Source: Ruminococcus sp.
Lineage (GTDB): Bacteria; Bacillota; Clostridia; Oscillospirales; Ruminococcaceae
Direction of reading: 5' to 3'
Assembly: GCA_017484095.1 (NCBI GenBank)
Contig: JAFUTU010000008.1
Location: 19,271 to 83,270, forward strand
Length of the DNA stretch: 64,000 bases
Position 1 is the first letter of the stretch, and each line of letters begins with the position of its first letter. Shown one piece after another: positions 34,790 to 44,399 of the stretch. A model generated the notes under the pieces. That model saw only the letters and a program-made list of their open reading frames with translations, ran no database searches and had not been told where the DNA came from. The position numbers were made by a program, and so were the translations under genes.

Positions 34790-36568
34790 ATGATAAGAGC
34801 CGCTGATTTTATTAACGGCCAGAGCGTCAAGGCATACGATCTGCTTGGCGCACATATTAAGGGCGATAAGGTCGATTTTTCTACTTATGCTCCGAATGCT
34901 GCAAATGTGCAGCTTTGTCTTGGCGGTACTATGCTGCCGATGGAGCGTGACAACAACGGTGTATGGCATACGGAGACCTTAGCAAAAGAGGGCGATATTT
35001 ATCAGTTCGTCATTACAACGCAGTCGGGAGAGGATCATTACCGTTCCGATCCCTTTGCATTTTTCAGCGAAGTCAGACCAAAAAACGCATCTATAGTTTA
35101 CGATATAAACAACTTTGAGTGGAGCGATGATGAGTGGCTGTCCAAGCGCTCCAAGAACTATGACAGACCGCTGAATATATATGAGATGCACTTCGGTTCG
35201 TGGAAAATAAAGCCCGATAAGGAAGAGGACGAGCGCTTTTATACTTATGAAGAGATGATAGACCTTCTCATTCCTTATATCAAGGAGATGGGCTACACTC
35301 ATATCGAGATACTTCCTCTTATGGAGCACCCGTTTGACGGCTCGTGGGGGTATCAGGTGTCTGGTTATTTCTCTGCGACCAGCCGTTACGGTGAGCCGCG
35401 AGGCCTTATGCGCTTTATAAATGCCTGCCACAAAAACAACATCGGCGTTATCCTTGACTTTGTGCCCGTCCATTTTGTAAGAGATTTTTTTGCTCTGCAT
35501 ATATATGACGGCGGATATGTATTTGAGAGTAATAACGAGAATGATCGCTATTCAGAGTGGAACACTGCAATGTTTGATTATTCAAAGGCGCACGTTTTAA
35601 GCTTTATGAAGTCGGCTGTTAACTTCTGGATAGAGCAGTACCATATCGACGGCTTGAGATATGATGCTGTAGCTTATCTTATCTACAAGTACGGCAAAAA
35701 GGAGAACCCGATAAACGATACGGGCATATGGTTCCTTAAAAACACGAATTATGCTATAGGCAAGCTGCACCCTGATGTTATGCTCTTTGCGGAGGACTCA
35801 ACTGACTATATCAAAGTTACAGCTCCTGTTGAGTTCGGAGGACTTGGCTTCGACTATAAGTGGAACCTCGGCTTTATGCATGATACGCTCAACTATATCA
35901 AAACGCCGCCCGATCAGCGCCGCGCTCATCACAATAAGATGACTTTTGCTATGAGCTATTTTTATAACGATCTGTTTGTGCTGCCGTATTCTCATGATGA
36001 GGTAGTGCACGGAAAGTACACTATGATAGATAAGGCGTCGGGGCTGAGAGAGCAGAAACAGGCAACAATGAAATGCCTCTATACGTTCCAGATGACCCAC
36101 CCGGGAAAGAAACTCAACTTTATGGGAAATGAGCTCGGTGAGTATATCGAATGGCGTGAGGATAAGGAGCTTGGCTGGAACCTTCTGACCTACCCCGAGC
36201 ATGACTCTCTTCACGAGTATATAAAGGCGCTCAATCATATCTATCTTAATGAGCCTGCTCTGAGCTGTTATGATTATAACTCTATGTCGTTCCGCTGGCT
36301 CGACCCCGATAACAGGAACCAGTCTCTGTATTCTTTTGTCAGAAACGACCTGCATGGCAGAAAGATATACTGCGTTTTCAATTTTTCTGCTAATTATCAG
36401 GGCTGCTCGATAAACGTAGAAGACGAGGGGCAGTACTATGAGCTGCTCAATTCAGACCGCGACATCTACAGCGGCTCAAACTGCCTGAACGGTGAGCCGT
36501 GGGCACAGGGCTACAGAGTTAACCTCAGGCTGGCGCCGCTGAGCTGTGTGCTTATCGCAAGGAAATAA
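34790..36568 (+). CDS. second 1,4-alpha-glucan branching enzyme paralogue (GH13)
   Basis: 592 aa with GLRYDAVAYL, FAEDSTDY and SHDEVVHGK. No basic tail. It lies 48 nt after galT with no terminator between them. Confidence 0.85.
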   Translation: MIRAADFINGQSVKAYDLLGAHIKGDKVDFSTYAPNAANVQLCLGGTMLPMERDNNGVWHTETLAKEGDIYQFVITTQSGEDHYRSDPFAFFSEVRPKNASIVYDINNFEWSDDEWLSKRSKNYDRPLNIYEMHFGSWKIKPDKEEDERFYTYEEMIDLLIPYIKEMGYTHIEILPLMEHPFDGSWGYQVSGYFSATSRYGEPRGLMRFINACHKNNIGVILDFVPVHFVRDFFALHIYDGGYVFESNNENDRYSEWNTAMFDYSKAHVLSFMKSAVNFWIEQYHIDGLRYDAVAYLIYKYGKKENPINDTGIWFLKNTNYAIGKLHPDVMLFAEDSTDYIKVTAPVEFGGLGFDYKWNLGFMHDTLNYIKTPPDQRRAHHNKMTFAMSYFYNDLFVLPYSHDEVVHGKYTMIDKASGLREQKQATMKCLYTFQMTHPGKKLNFMGNELGEYIEWREDKELGWNLLTYPEHDSLHEYIKALNHIYLNEPALSCYDYNSMSFRWLDPDNRNQSLYSFVRNDLHGRKIYCVFNFSANYQGCSINVEDEGQYYELLNSDRDIYSGSNCLNGEPWAQGYRVNLRLAPLSCVLIARK

Positions 36569-36573
36569 TTTTT

Positions 36574-36607
36574 AAACCTGCCGTGGTTTCGGCAGGTTTA
36601 CTTTTTT
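36574..36607 (+). terminator. terminator after the second branching enzyme gene
   Basis: AAACCTGCCG-TGGTTT-CGGCAGGTTT followed by ACTTTTTT. Confidence 0.75.
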
Positions 36608-36696
36608 GCTAAAATGTAATATGTTACTGTTGAAAACAGAAGGCTTCTGTGATATACTGATATTGGCTATAAATGTTATAAAAGGGGAGAAATAAT

Positions 36697-39417
36697 ATGA
36701 AAAAGATCATTGATCTTAGCGGCGAGTGGAAGCTGTTTATGGACAGCACTCTAACAGTGACAGAACCAACATACTGTGATGATATAACACTGCCTGATAC
36801 CACCTCTAATGCACGCAAGGGCGAGCCTAACAACGAGCGCCCTGACGGTTACCTTACTGACATTTACAAGTTTGAGGGCAACGCGTGGTTCTCCCGCAGG
36901 GTCGATCTCAGTGAATGTGAGGGCAGTACTGTAAAGCTCTTCCTTGAAAGAACAAGGATAACCGAATTGTTTGTTGACGGAAAGTCATACGGTGTTCAGG
37001 AAAGCCTTGTAGCACCTCACATATATGATCTTTCAGACCTTATCGGCACAGGTGAGCATGAGCTTGCTGTAAGAGTTTGCAATGTCGGCTATAAAACAAA
37101 TGGCGGCCACCTTACCTCACCCGACACCCAGACCAACTGGAACGGTATCACAGGCCGTATCGAGCTACAGTGCTTCGGTGAAAAGTATCTTGATAATGTA
37201 ATGATCTTCCCGAACGTTTCTGATAAAACAGTAAGGATAACAGCTGATCTTATCGGCGGTGACAAAGCATTAGTTTCTGTCTCTGCCGACAGCTTCAACG
37301 GTGATGTCAAGCACCACGCCGAACCTATGGCCTTTGAGATCACATCTTCCAAGCTTGACTGTACATACCCTATGGGCGATGACTGCCTTCTTTGGAGCGA
37401 GCATCACCCAAATCTCTATTATCTCAGGCTCGATATATACGGCGATGTCTATGAGCAGGTCATCGGCATGAGAGACTTTTCGCAAAAGGACGGAAAGTTC
37501 ACCATAAACGGCAAAAACACCTTCCTGCGCGGAAAGCATGACGGTATGATCTTCCCGAAAACAGGCTATGCTCCTACAGACCTGGAGGAGTGGCTAAAAA
37601 TACTTGAGATATCAAAGTCATACGGTATCAATCATTACCGTTATCATACCTGCTGTCCGCCCGAGGCAGCCTTTCTGGCAGCTGATATGCTCGGCATCTA
37701 TATGGAGCCGCAGCTCCCGTTCTGGGGTACTATAACCACTCCCGATGACGAAAAGCACGATCAGGCAGAGCAGGATTTCCTCATCGAAGAGGGCTTTAAT
37801 ATGCTGCGTTCATTCGGCAATCACCCCTCATACTGCATGATGTCGCTCGGCAATGAGCTCTGGGGCTCAAAGGAGATCCTTAACGATATCCTCGGCAGAT
37901 ATAAAGCATTTGATAACCGACACCTTTACACACAGGGCTCGAATAACTTCCAGTGGTTCCCGAATGTTCTTGAGAACGATGACTTTTTTGTAGGTGTCCG
38001 CCTTGCAAATGACAGGCTTATAAGGGGCTCATATGCCATGTGCGATGCGCCCTTAGGTCATATACAGACCGACAAGCCCTCCACTTTGCACGACTATGAC
38101 AGCGTGATAAAGCCTGCACAAAAATCTCATGAGACAGAAGCTTCCGAGGACGGCACTGTTCAGATACAGTACGGAACAACGATGAAGACCGTAAAGGCTT
38201 CAGAAGCTGATGCAGATTTCATTCCCGAAGTGCCGATCGTCACTCACGAGATAGGCCAGTTTGAGACCTACCCTGATTATGACGAGATGAAAAAATATAC
38301 AGGCCCTCTCAAACCAAGAAACTTTGAGATATTCAGAGAAAGGCTCAGACAAAAGGGTCTGCTACACCTTGCTAAAGATTATTTCGAGTGCTCGGGTAAG
38401 CTCGCTGTAGCCTGCTATAAAGAAGAGCTTGAAGCAGCATTCAGATCAAAGCTGCTGGCGGGCTTCCAGGTGCTCGATATACAGGATTTCACAGGGCAGG
38501 GAACAGCGCTCGTCGGCATACTTGATGCGTTTATGGACAGTAAAGGCCTTATAACTCCCGATAAATGGAAAGGCTTTTGCAATGATGCGGTATTGCTTGC
38601 CAGATTTGATGACTATGTTTTGGTGGAGAAGAGCACTTTTTCTGCAAAGATACAGATATGTTCCTTCAGAGATGGCTTTGAGGGCGGAGAACTTGTATGG
38701 AAACTTTCTTACGGAGAGAATATGATTGCCGATGGCAGAAAGACTTTCTCGCTTGGCAGCAGCAACTATCTTGATATTGCGGATATCTCCGTTCAGCTGC
38801 CGGCAGCAGATAAGATAACATATCTTACACTTTCTCTATCTGTTGAAAACACCGATATCTCAAATGAGTATGAACTGACTGTAGTGCCGATAACAGAGAA
38901 CGCAGAGCTTGACGGCGTATATCTGTTCAGAGAGGTAGATGCCGAAGCCGATAAGCTCTTATCTCAGGGTAAGACAGTGCTGATAGTTCCCGATCTTAAA
39001 GCTATTGAAGAAATGTCGGTAGAGGGAATGTACTGTCAGGACTTCTGGTGCTATCCTATGTTCAGAACTATCTCTGATATGATGAAAAAGCCCCGCCCGA
39101 TCGGAACAATGGGTCTTTTGATAGATACAGAACACCCTGCCCTTTCAGGATTTGGTTCTAAGAAGTATTCAACGCCTCAGTGGTTTGAGATAGTTCAGAA
39201 TTCCAGAGCTGTTATCCTTGATGACAGAAAAGAGGATATAAACGTTATCGTCAGAACGATAGATAATGTTGAGCGCAACCACAGTCTTTCGCTCCTCTAT
39301 GAATATGAGAGAAACGGCGGCAAGGTGGTCGTTTGTGCCTGTGATATCGAAAAGCTTGCCGAGTCTCCCGAAGGTAGAGCGTTTGTAAAGTCTGTTTTCG
39401 ATCATTGCCGTAACTGA
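36697..39417 (+). CDS. glycoside hydrolase family 2-like protein, no signal peptide
   Basis: 906 aa with an N-terminal GH2 sugar-binding-type domain (SGEWKL...NAWFSR), a TIM barrel with LGNELWG (acid/base-like NE) and THEIGQFE. Substrate unknown. Confidence 0.7.
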   Translation: MKKIIDLSGEWKLFMDSTLTVTEPTYCDDITLPDTTSNARKGEPNNERPDGYLTDIYKFEGNAWFSRRVDLSECEGSTVKLFLERTRITELFVDGKSYGVQESLVAPHIYDLSDLIGTGEHELAVRVCNVGYKTNGGHLTSPDTQTNWNGITGRIELQCFGEKYLDNVMIFPNVSDKTVRITADLIGGDKALVSVSADSFNGDVKHHAEPMAFEITSSKLDCTYPMGDDCLLWSEHHPNLYYLRLDIYGDVYEQVIGMRDFSQKDGKFTINGKNTFLRGKHDGMIFPKTGYAPTDLEEWLKILEISKSYGINHYRYHTCCPPEAAFLAADMLGIYMEPQLPFWGTITTPDDEKHDQAEQDFLIEEGFNMLRSFGNHPSYCMMSLGNELWGSKEILNDILGRYKAFDNRHLYTQGSNNFQWFPNVLENDDFFVGVRLANDRLIRGSYAMCDAPLGHIQTDKPSTLHDYDSVIKPAQKSHETEASEDGTVQIQYGTTMKTVKASEADADFIPEVPIVTHEIGQFETYPDYDEMKKYTGPLKPRNFEIFRERLRQKGLLHLAKDYFECSGKLAVACYKEELEAAFRSKLLAGFQVLDIQDFTGQGTALVGILDAFMDSKGLITPDKWKGFCNDAVLLARFDDYVLVEKSTFSAKIQICSFRDGFEGGELVWKLSYGENMIADGRKTFSLGSSNYLDIADISVQLPAADKITYLTLSLSVENTDISNEYELTVVPITENAELDGVYLFREVDAEADKLLSQGKTVLIVPDLKAIEEMSVEGMYCQDFWCYPMFRTISDMMKKPRPIGTMGLLIDTEHPALSGFGSKKYSTPQWFEIVQNSRAVILDDRKEDINVIVRTIDNVERNHSLSLLYEYERNGGKVVVCACDIEKLAESPEGRAFVKSVFDHCRN

Positions 39418-39432
39418 ATACTTGTTTTTACT

Positions 39433-39468
39433 GCTGCTTTTCGCCTTGCGCGAAGGGCAGCTTTTTTT
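39433..39468 (+). terminator. terminator after the GH2-like gene
   Basis: GCTGCTTTTCGC-loop-GCGAAGGGCAGC followed by TTTTTTT. Confidence 0.65.
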
Positions 39469-39658
39469 CGCTGTATCGGCAGTTTTATCAATAGCTTTGT
39501 GCTTGTTGCATAAAGAGAGACTGCTTTATTTGTTCGATTGTCCGAAAGTGTAAAAAAACAGTCAATAAATTGTTCACAAGATGATTATTTTGTGGTATAA
39601 TTTATCTGGGTCATTATAGACTTTTGTTGCAATAATTATTATATAAGGGGTTGTTATT

Positions 39659-40702
39659 ATGCCATATACACCGATCGTAAAGAGACACTATAAATATAAA
39701 AATATCGCTGCGTGCCTTGCTGTTTGTCTGTTGTTGATACTCGGCCTTACATCGTCATGCAGTAATAGGGCTCTTAACCGTGCAAAGGCAGACCCTGAGA
39801 CCAAAACTGTCAATTCCTCGGCTCCTACAAAGGAGAAAAAAGAGGAGGACAAAAAAATAACTGAAAACTACCGATATGAAAAGCTTGACAATAAGCAGAT
39901 ATCGAGCGGTGATCTTGTGCTTGTTAACAGCGAGCATAAGTTTGAGGGCACAGTCGGTGAGACTGATACTCTTTATCAGTACCTGTTCAACGATAATGGT
40001 ACTCAAGTGATGTATGCAAGCACCACTATGCTTGAAGCTGACAAAAAAGCCCTTGAAGCGATAAACGGCCTTGTGAGTGAGTATTACGCAAATTCTTCTG
40101 ACGGTACAGTTATGATATACAGCGCTATGGATACTCCTGACGGTTCTGCACCTGAGTTTGATGAGTGCGCAACAGGCCTTACGTTTGACCTTCTCACCTA
40201 CGATCAGGCTACGGGCTCATACCCTACATTCACGGGTGAGGGCACCTACAGCTGGATAACAGCCAACGCTTGGAAATACGGACTTACACTCAGATATCCT
40301 GCTGATAAGACCGATAAGACCGGGAATGCGTTCGTTTCAAATCATTTCAGATATCTCGGTGTGCCGCATACTGAGATAATGTCGCAAAATGGCCTTTGCT
40401 TGGAGGAATACCTTGAATATATAAAAGACTATACGTTTGAAAAACCTTATTCTATTCTGGCTGATGACGGGAATTCTTACTCTGTTTATTATGTTAAGCA
40501 GGGCAAGGACAGAACAACAAAGGTGCCTGTTCCTCAGGACGCAAGCGGAAATGACTACAGCTATTCTATCTCGGGAAATAACTATGACGGCTTTGTAGTA
40601 ACGGTGAACCTTACTGCCGAAAATAATGTGACTCAGCAGGCTGAGCCTGTTGTACAGGACGAATCTTCATCTCAGGCAGCGGAGGGTGAGACCGAGCAAT
40701 GA
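39659..40702 (+). CDS. VanY/M15B-like D,D-carboxypeptidase homologue (lipoprotein) with substituted active-site residues
   Basis: Signal peptide with Cys (LGLTSSC). Motifs GDLVLVNSEHKF, DECATGLTFD (canonical SxHxxGxAxD) and VSNHFRYLG (canonical ExxHxRYVG). Confidence 0.65.
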   Translation: MPYTPIVKRHYKYKNIAACLAVCLLLILGLTSSCSNRALNRAKADPETKTVNSSAPTKEKKEEDKKITENYRYEKLDNKQISSGDLVLVNSEHKFEGTVGETDTLYQYLFNDNGTQVMYASTTMLEADKKALEAINGLVSEYYANSSDGTVMIYSAMDTPDGSAPEFDECATGLTFDLLTYDQATGSYPTFTGEGTYSWITANAWKYGLTLRYPADKTDKTGNAFVSNHFRYLGVPHTEIMSQNGLCLEEYLEYIKDYTFEKPYSILADDGNSYSVYYVKQGKDRTTKVPVPQDASGNDYSYSISGNNYDGFVVTVNLTAENNVTQQAEPVVQDESSSQAAEGETEQ

Positions 40703-41532
40703 TAAAGGAAAGCATTGATATAAAAGTTGATTATAAAAAGGCCGGGCTCTCGGGTGAGGGCTGTGCGCCGATGCTTGACTGCTATTACAGCACACTTACC
40801 GAGGAGATAGGCAGAAAAAAGCACAGAGCTGTTATCATCTGCCCTGGCGGCGGTTATGATTTTCTCTCTGAGAGAGAGGCAGAGCCGATAGCGTTCAGGT
40901 TTCTGGGCGCAGGTATAGCAGCATTCGTGCTCAGGTATTCGGTCTATAAGAAAAAGTTTCCGACCGACCTGCTTGAATGTGCGGCAGCAGTAAAATATGT
41001 TAGAGAGAACGCCGTGCGATTTGACATTGATCCCGATAAGATCATAGTCGGCGGCTTTTCGGCAGGCGGACACCTTGCGGCTTCAATGGCAAATTTCTGG
41101 AAAAGCACTACGGTGACGGAAACTCTGGGCTGCACTGCGGAGGATATCAGGGTGAACGGTTCTATCCTCGGGTATCCTGTTATCACTTCGGAAAAAGAGT
41201 ACACTCATGAGGGCTCTATCCTGAACCTGATAGGCGATGATAAAAATAAAGAGCTTCGTGAGTTTGTCAGCTTGGAAGACCGCGTCTCGCCCGACACTCC
41301 GCCGACATTTATCTGGCATTGTGCCGATGACGGCTGCGTAAGGGTCGAGAACAGCCTGCGGTATATGCTTGCGCTCTCGGCTAACGGCGTGTCTTATGAG
41401 GCGCATATCTATGAATACGGAGGTCATGGTCTCGCTCTGTGCGATGACACCACCGCCACCAATGAGGGACACTATCAGCCTGTTGCTGCCCATTGGGCTC
41501 AGGCTGCGATAGATTGGTCGCTAAGGCTTTGA
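40699..41532 (+). CDS. alpha/beta-hydrolase esterase
   Basis: 277 aa with the GGFSAGGHLA nucleophile elbow, PGGGY oxyanion region and HCADD/GGHG. Its start overlaps the upstream stop (ATGA). Confidence 0.8.
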   Translation: MIKESIDIKVDYKKAGLSGEGCAPMLDCYYSTLTEEIGRKKHRAVIICPGGGYDFLSEREAEPIAFRFLGAGIAAFVLRYSVYKKKFPTDLLECAAAVKYVRENAVRFDIDPDKIIVGGFSAGGHLAASMANFWKSTTVTETLGCTAEDIRVNGSILGYPVITSEKEYTHEGSILNLIGDDKNKELREFVSLEDRVSPDTPPTFIWHCADDGCVRVENSLRYMLALSANGVSYEAHIYEYGGHGLALCDDTTATNEGHYQPVAAHWAQAAIDWSLRL

Positions 41533-41624
41533 GACAGTAGTGGAGGTAAAATACGAAGAAAAAGGATCGAATGAAAGCGCACCTGAAAGGCGTTTCTTAC
41601 ATCTGGACACCGTAATTTTCCTAC

Positions 41625-41653
41625 AAGGACAGTGCATTTCTGCACTGTCCTTT
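41625..41653 (+). terminator. terminator after the esterase gene
   Basis: AAGGACAGTGCA-TTTC-TGCACTGTCCTT followed by TGTCATTT. Confidence 0.65.
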
Positions 41654-41665
41654 GTCATTTCCTGA

Positions 41666-41677
41666 AAAATCGCATAA
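41666..41677 (+). repeat. 12-nt direct repeat, copy 1 (AAAATCGCATAA)
   Basis: Identical 12-mer found again at 42778-42789. The two copies bracket the ATPase gene. Confidence 0.6.
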
Positions 41678-41701
41678 GATAATGCATAAGGAGGAATACT
41701 T

Positions 41702-42766
41702 ATGAACGAACATTATTTTATGGGAACCAAAACTAAGGAAGGCTTTAAAAACACCTTCGGTAATGAGATATCTGACAAAGACTATTTCGGTTATATCCTC
41801 AAGGGAGGAGCAGGTACGGGCAAATCCTCGCTGATGAAAGCGATAGCCTCAGCATTTGAAGGCGCAGAGGACATAGCTCTTTACCATTGCTCCTCAGACC
41901 CCGACTCACTTGACGCTGTAGTCCTGAAAAACAGTAAAGTATATATCTGCGACGGCACAGCTCCCCACGTAATGGAGTGTATCTATCCCGGTGTTACCGA
42001 AAAAATACTGAACCTCGGAGAGTACTGGAACGAAAAGCTCCTTCAAGCCCACAAGCAGGAGATAATGATCTCAACAGATGAAAATGCAGCTCTGCATCAA
42101 AAAGCCACAGCGCTTCAAGACGCATTGTCAGCTCTTTATTCAAATATTTTCACACAGGGCAGCCGTTATCTCCTTCGTGAAAAGCTTTTGGCATTTTCAA
42201 AACGCTTTGTAAGAAAACATCTCACCAAGCAGAAAGATCAGCAGGGAAGTGTTACTGTCCGCCAGCTCTCAGCCCTGACCGAATACGGCTATATGACCTA
42301 TACCGAAACACTGGAATCTTTCGATAGCATTTATGTGATGAAAGACAGTTTCCTCTCAGCCTCTGCCGAGCTTGTCTCATCAGTAATGCAGCAGGCTCTG
42401 TCTCTCGGCTATGACGTTATAGTCAGCCCAAGCCCTCTTGCTCACTGCCCTTATGAGCATATCCTTATCCCTGCGGCAGGCTTTGCACTTATCAGTGAAA
42501 CGCCCCTTTCGGCGCTCAGCGATCTCGGAGAGCTTATCAATATGAACCGCTTCTATGATCGGGATACTTTGAAAGCCGTGTCAAGAGAAGTAAAGCTTGA
42601 TACAGCTATGCTCAAAGACCTTGCCGAAACACTTTATGATACCATTGGCAAAGCAAAACGCGTTCATGACGAGATTGAGAGCTATTATATCGCAGCTATG
42701 GATTTTTCCTCGGTCAAAGAACTTACCGATGAGCTTATCTACGAGATAAGGTCAAAAGAGCGCTGA
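41702..42766 (+). CDS. P-loop NTPase of unknown function
   Basis: 354 aa with Walker A ILKGGAGTGKSSL, then DPDSLDAV and DGTAPHV. Monocistronic, sitting between two terminator/promoter regions. Confidence 0.7.
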   Translation: MNEHYFMGTKTKEGFKNTFGNEISDKDYFGYILKGGAGTGKSSLMKAIASAFEGAEDIALYHCSSDPDSLDAVVLKNSKVYICDGTAPHVMECIYPGVTEKILNLGEYWNEKLLQAHKQEIMISTDENAALHQKATALQDALSALYSNIFTQGSRYLLREKLLAFSKRFVRKHLTKQKDQQGSVTVRQLSALTEYGYMTYTETLESFDSIYVMKDSFLSASAELVSSVMQQALSLGYDVIVSPSPLAHCPYEHILIPAAGFALISETPLSALSDLGELINMNRFYDRDTLKAVSREVKLDTAMLKDLAETLYDTIGKAKRVHDEIESYYIAAMDFSSVKELTDELIYEIRSKER

Positions 42767-42777
42767 TCTTATAAAAG

Positions 42778-42789
42778 CAAAATCGCATA
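42778..42789 (+). repeat. 12-nt direct repeat, copy 2 (AAAATCGCATAA)
   Basis: Identical to 41666-41677. Confidence 0.6.
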
Positions 42790-42857
42790 AAAATGTTTCA
42801 AATGGCGCTTGTATGTTGTACTTTTTTACAAAATAACAAAAAACTGTGCGTGTCTGC

Positions 42858-42886
42858 TTTACTTTTCACCCGATGTGTGTTATAAT
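42858..42886 (+). promoter_or_regulatory. promoter of the glycopolymer cluster
   Basis: TTTACT, 17 nt, TATAAT, with an extended -10 TGT. Confidence 0.45.
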
Positions 42887-42933
42887 TTTATCTTGGTGAA
42901 GTGTGTTTATTTTGATTGAAAGGAAGATGATCA

Positions 42934-44385
42934 ATGCTCTCTCAGGAGGTACTTTCCGATTACCGTGAAGACTGGATCGAAAGATGTGTAAGCTCTGATA
43001 ATACCGATAAGGCAGTTCTCAGAGACCGAGGCGTTTTTCTCTTAGCAGATGAGAGCAGCATTTTCTTTTCTGTTGCCGAAAGCATACTGACAGCGCTTTA
43101 CGTACCAATGAATGAGGCTTCTATCAGCGGCAGAGAGGTAATGCTTGCATTCGATATGATATCGAGCCCTTTGTCCGCTGATAAAAGAAAAGAGCTTGAA
43201 GACCATTGCGGAAATAAGCTCCTGGTAACTGACAGCAGAGAAAATGCAAGGATGTCACTGCCGATAATGCCTGTTCTTTATGTGCCGAGAGTGTTTGGCG
43301 CAGGTCTGGAAATTGAAGAAACTGCTCACAAAAACGAGAGCACCCACATAACTGAGCTGTTCTCGGCAGCACTGTTTCTCATCTCAAGACGTGACACACT
43401 TAAGCACGCAGCATATTATGTCGGTTTCGGCGGTTGTACTATCAAGGGTGCGAAGGACGTCACCAGCGGCTCATATGAAAGGCTCATGCCATATGATGAT
43501 GCAGTCAGAATGCTGGAATTTTCAAAACAGAGACCTAATGACCTGTTTTATTTCGCAGATACCTATGACGGTCAGCTGCAAGGGCTGCATAAAAGACTTT
43601 TTGAGTGCCTTGACGAATTTGACCGTATCTGCCGTGAAAATGATATAAGATATTTTTTAGGCGGCGGCTCGCTCCTCGGTGCAGCCAGATATAACGATAT
43701 CATTCCGTGGGACGATGATATGGACGTTATGATGACGAGAGACGATTACGAAAAATTCCTGTCCGCAGTTAATAAGAGCATTGACAGGGATAAGTTCTTT
43801 TTCCAGTCATCGGAGACTGACCCCAAATACCACAGCATATTTACAAAGATAAGATTAAACGGCACTAAGTATGTGACCGAGTTTTCAAAAGACCATTATC
43901 ATCTGCATGAGGGGATATTCATTGATATCTTTGTCCATGACAAGACCTCGGATATAAAGCTTTTGCGTAAACTCCATGTTTTCCTGACCCTGTTTGCAAG
44001 GTCAATGGTCTTCAATAAGTGGGCAGACAAGCCCATGCACTTCTACGGCAAATTCCCGAGGATATGCTCACTGGTGACAAAGCTTATCAGGCGCACCGAT
44101 ATGAAAACGCTTGAGCGTATCCAGCATAGGGTGGTAACAATGTTTGACGGGCGTGATACTCATTACCTGTATGACGGTACGGGCGAGCATCTTCGTCACG
44201 GCGGATTTCCTGCTTCATGGCTTGCAGATGTGAAGTATCTTAAATTTGGCAGCAAAAAGTATCCGGTGCCTGCTGAATTTGATAAATACCTCAGATATTC
44301 CTACGGTGATTATAAAAAGCCTATTCCGGCAAGTCTCAGGAAAGCAGGCCATGATGTTGTTGAATTTGATCTTGGAATCGATTAA
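42934..44385 (+). CDS. LicD-family phosphotransferase fused to an unknown ~215-aa N-terminal domain
   Basis: The C-terminal half carries the LicD signature LGGGSLLGAARYNDIIPWDDDMDVMM. The N-terminal half has no motif I recognise. Confidence 0.8.
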   Translation: MLSQEVLSDYREDWIERCVSSDNTDKAVLRDRGVFLLADESSIFFSVAESILTALYVPMNEASISGREVMLAFDMISSPLSADKRKELEDHCGNKLLVTDSRENARMSLPIMPVLYVPRVFGAGLEIEETAHKNESTHITELFSAALFLISRRDTLKHAAYYVGFGGCTIKGAKDVTSGSYERLMPYDDAVRMLEFSKQRPNDLFYFADTYDGQLQGLHKRLFECLDEFDRICRENDIRYFLGGGSLLGAARYNDIIPWDDDMDVMMTRDDYEKFLSAVNKSIDRDKFFFQSSETDPKYHSIFTKIRLNGTKYVTEFSKDHYHLHEGIFIDIFVHDKTSDIKLLRKLHVFLTLFARSMVFNKWADKPMHFYGKFPRICSLVTKLIRRTDMKTLERIQHRVVTMFDGRDTHYLYDGTGEHLRHGGFPASWLADVKYLKFGSKKYPVPAEFDKYLRYSYGDYKKPIPASLRKAGHDVVEFDLGID

Positions 44386-44399
44386 AAAGGTGATTATAA

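Noticed and set aside
41571-41615. 14-codon micro-ORF (MKAHLKGVSYIWTP) between the esterase gene and its terminator
   Set aside because: Its RBS is weak, it is very short, and it has no supporting features. It is probably chance.
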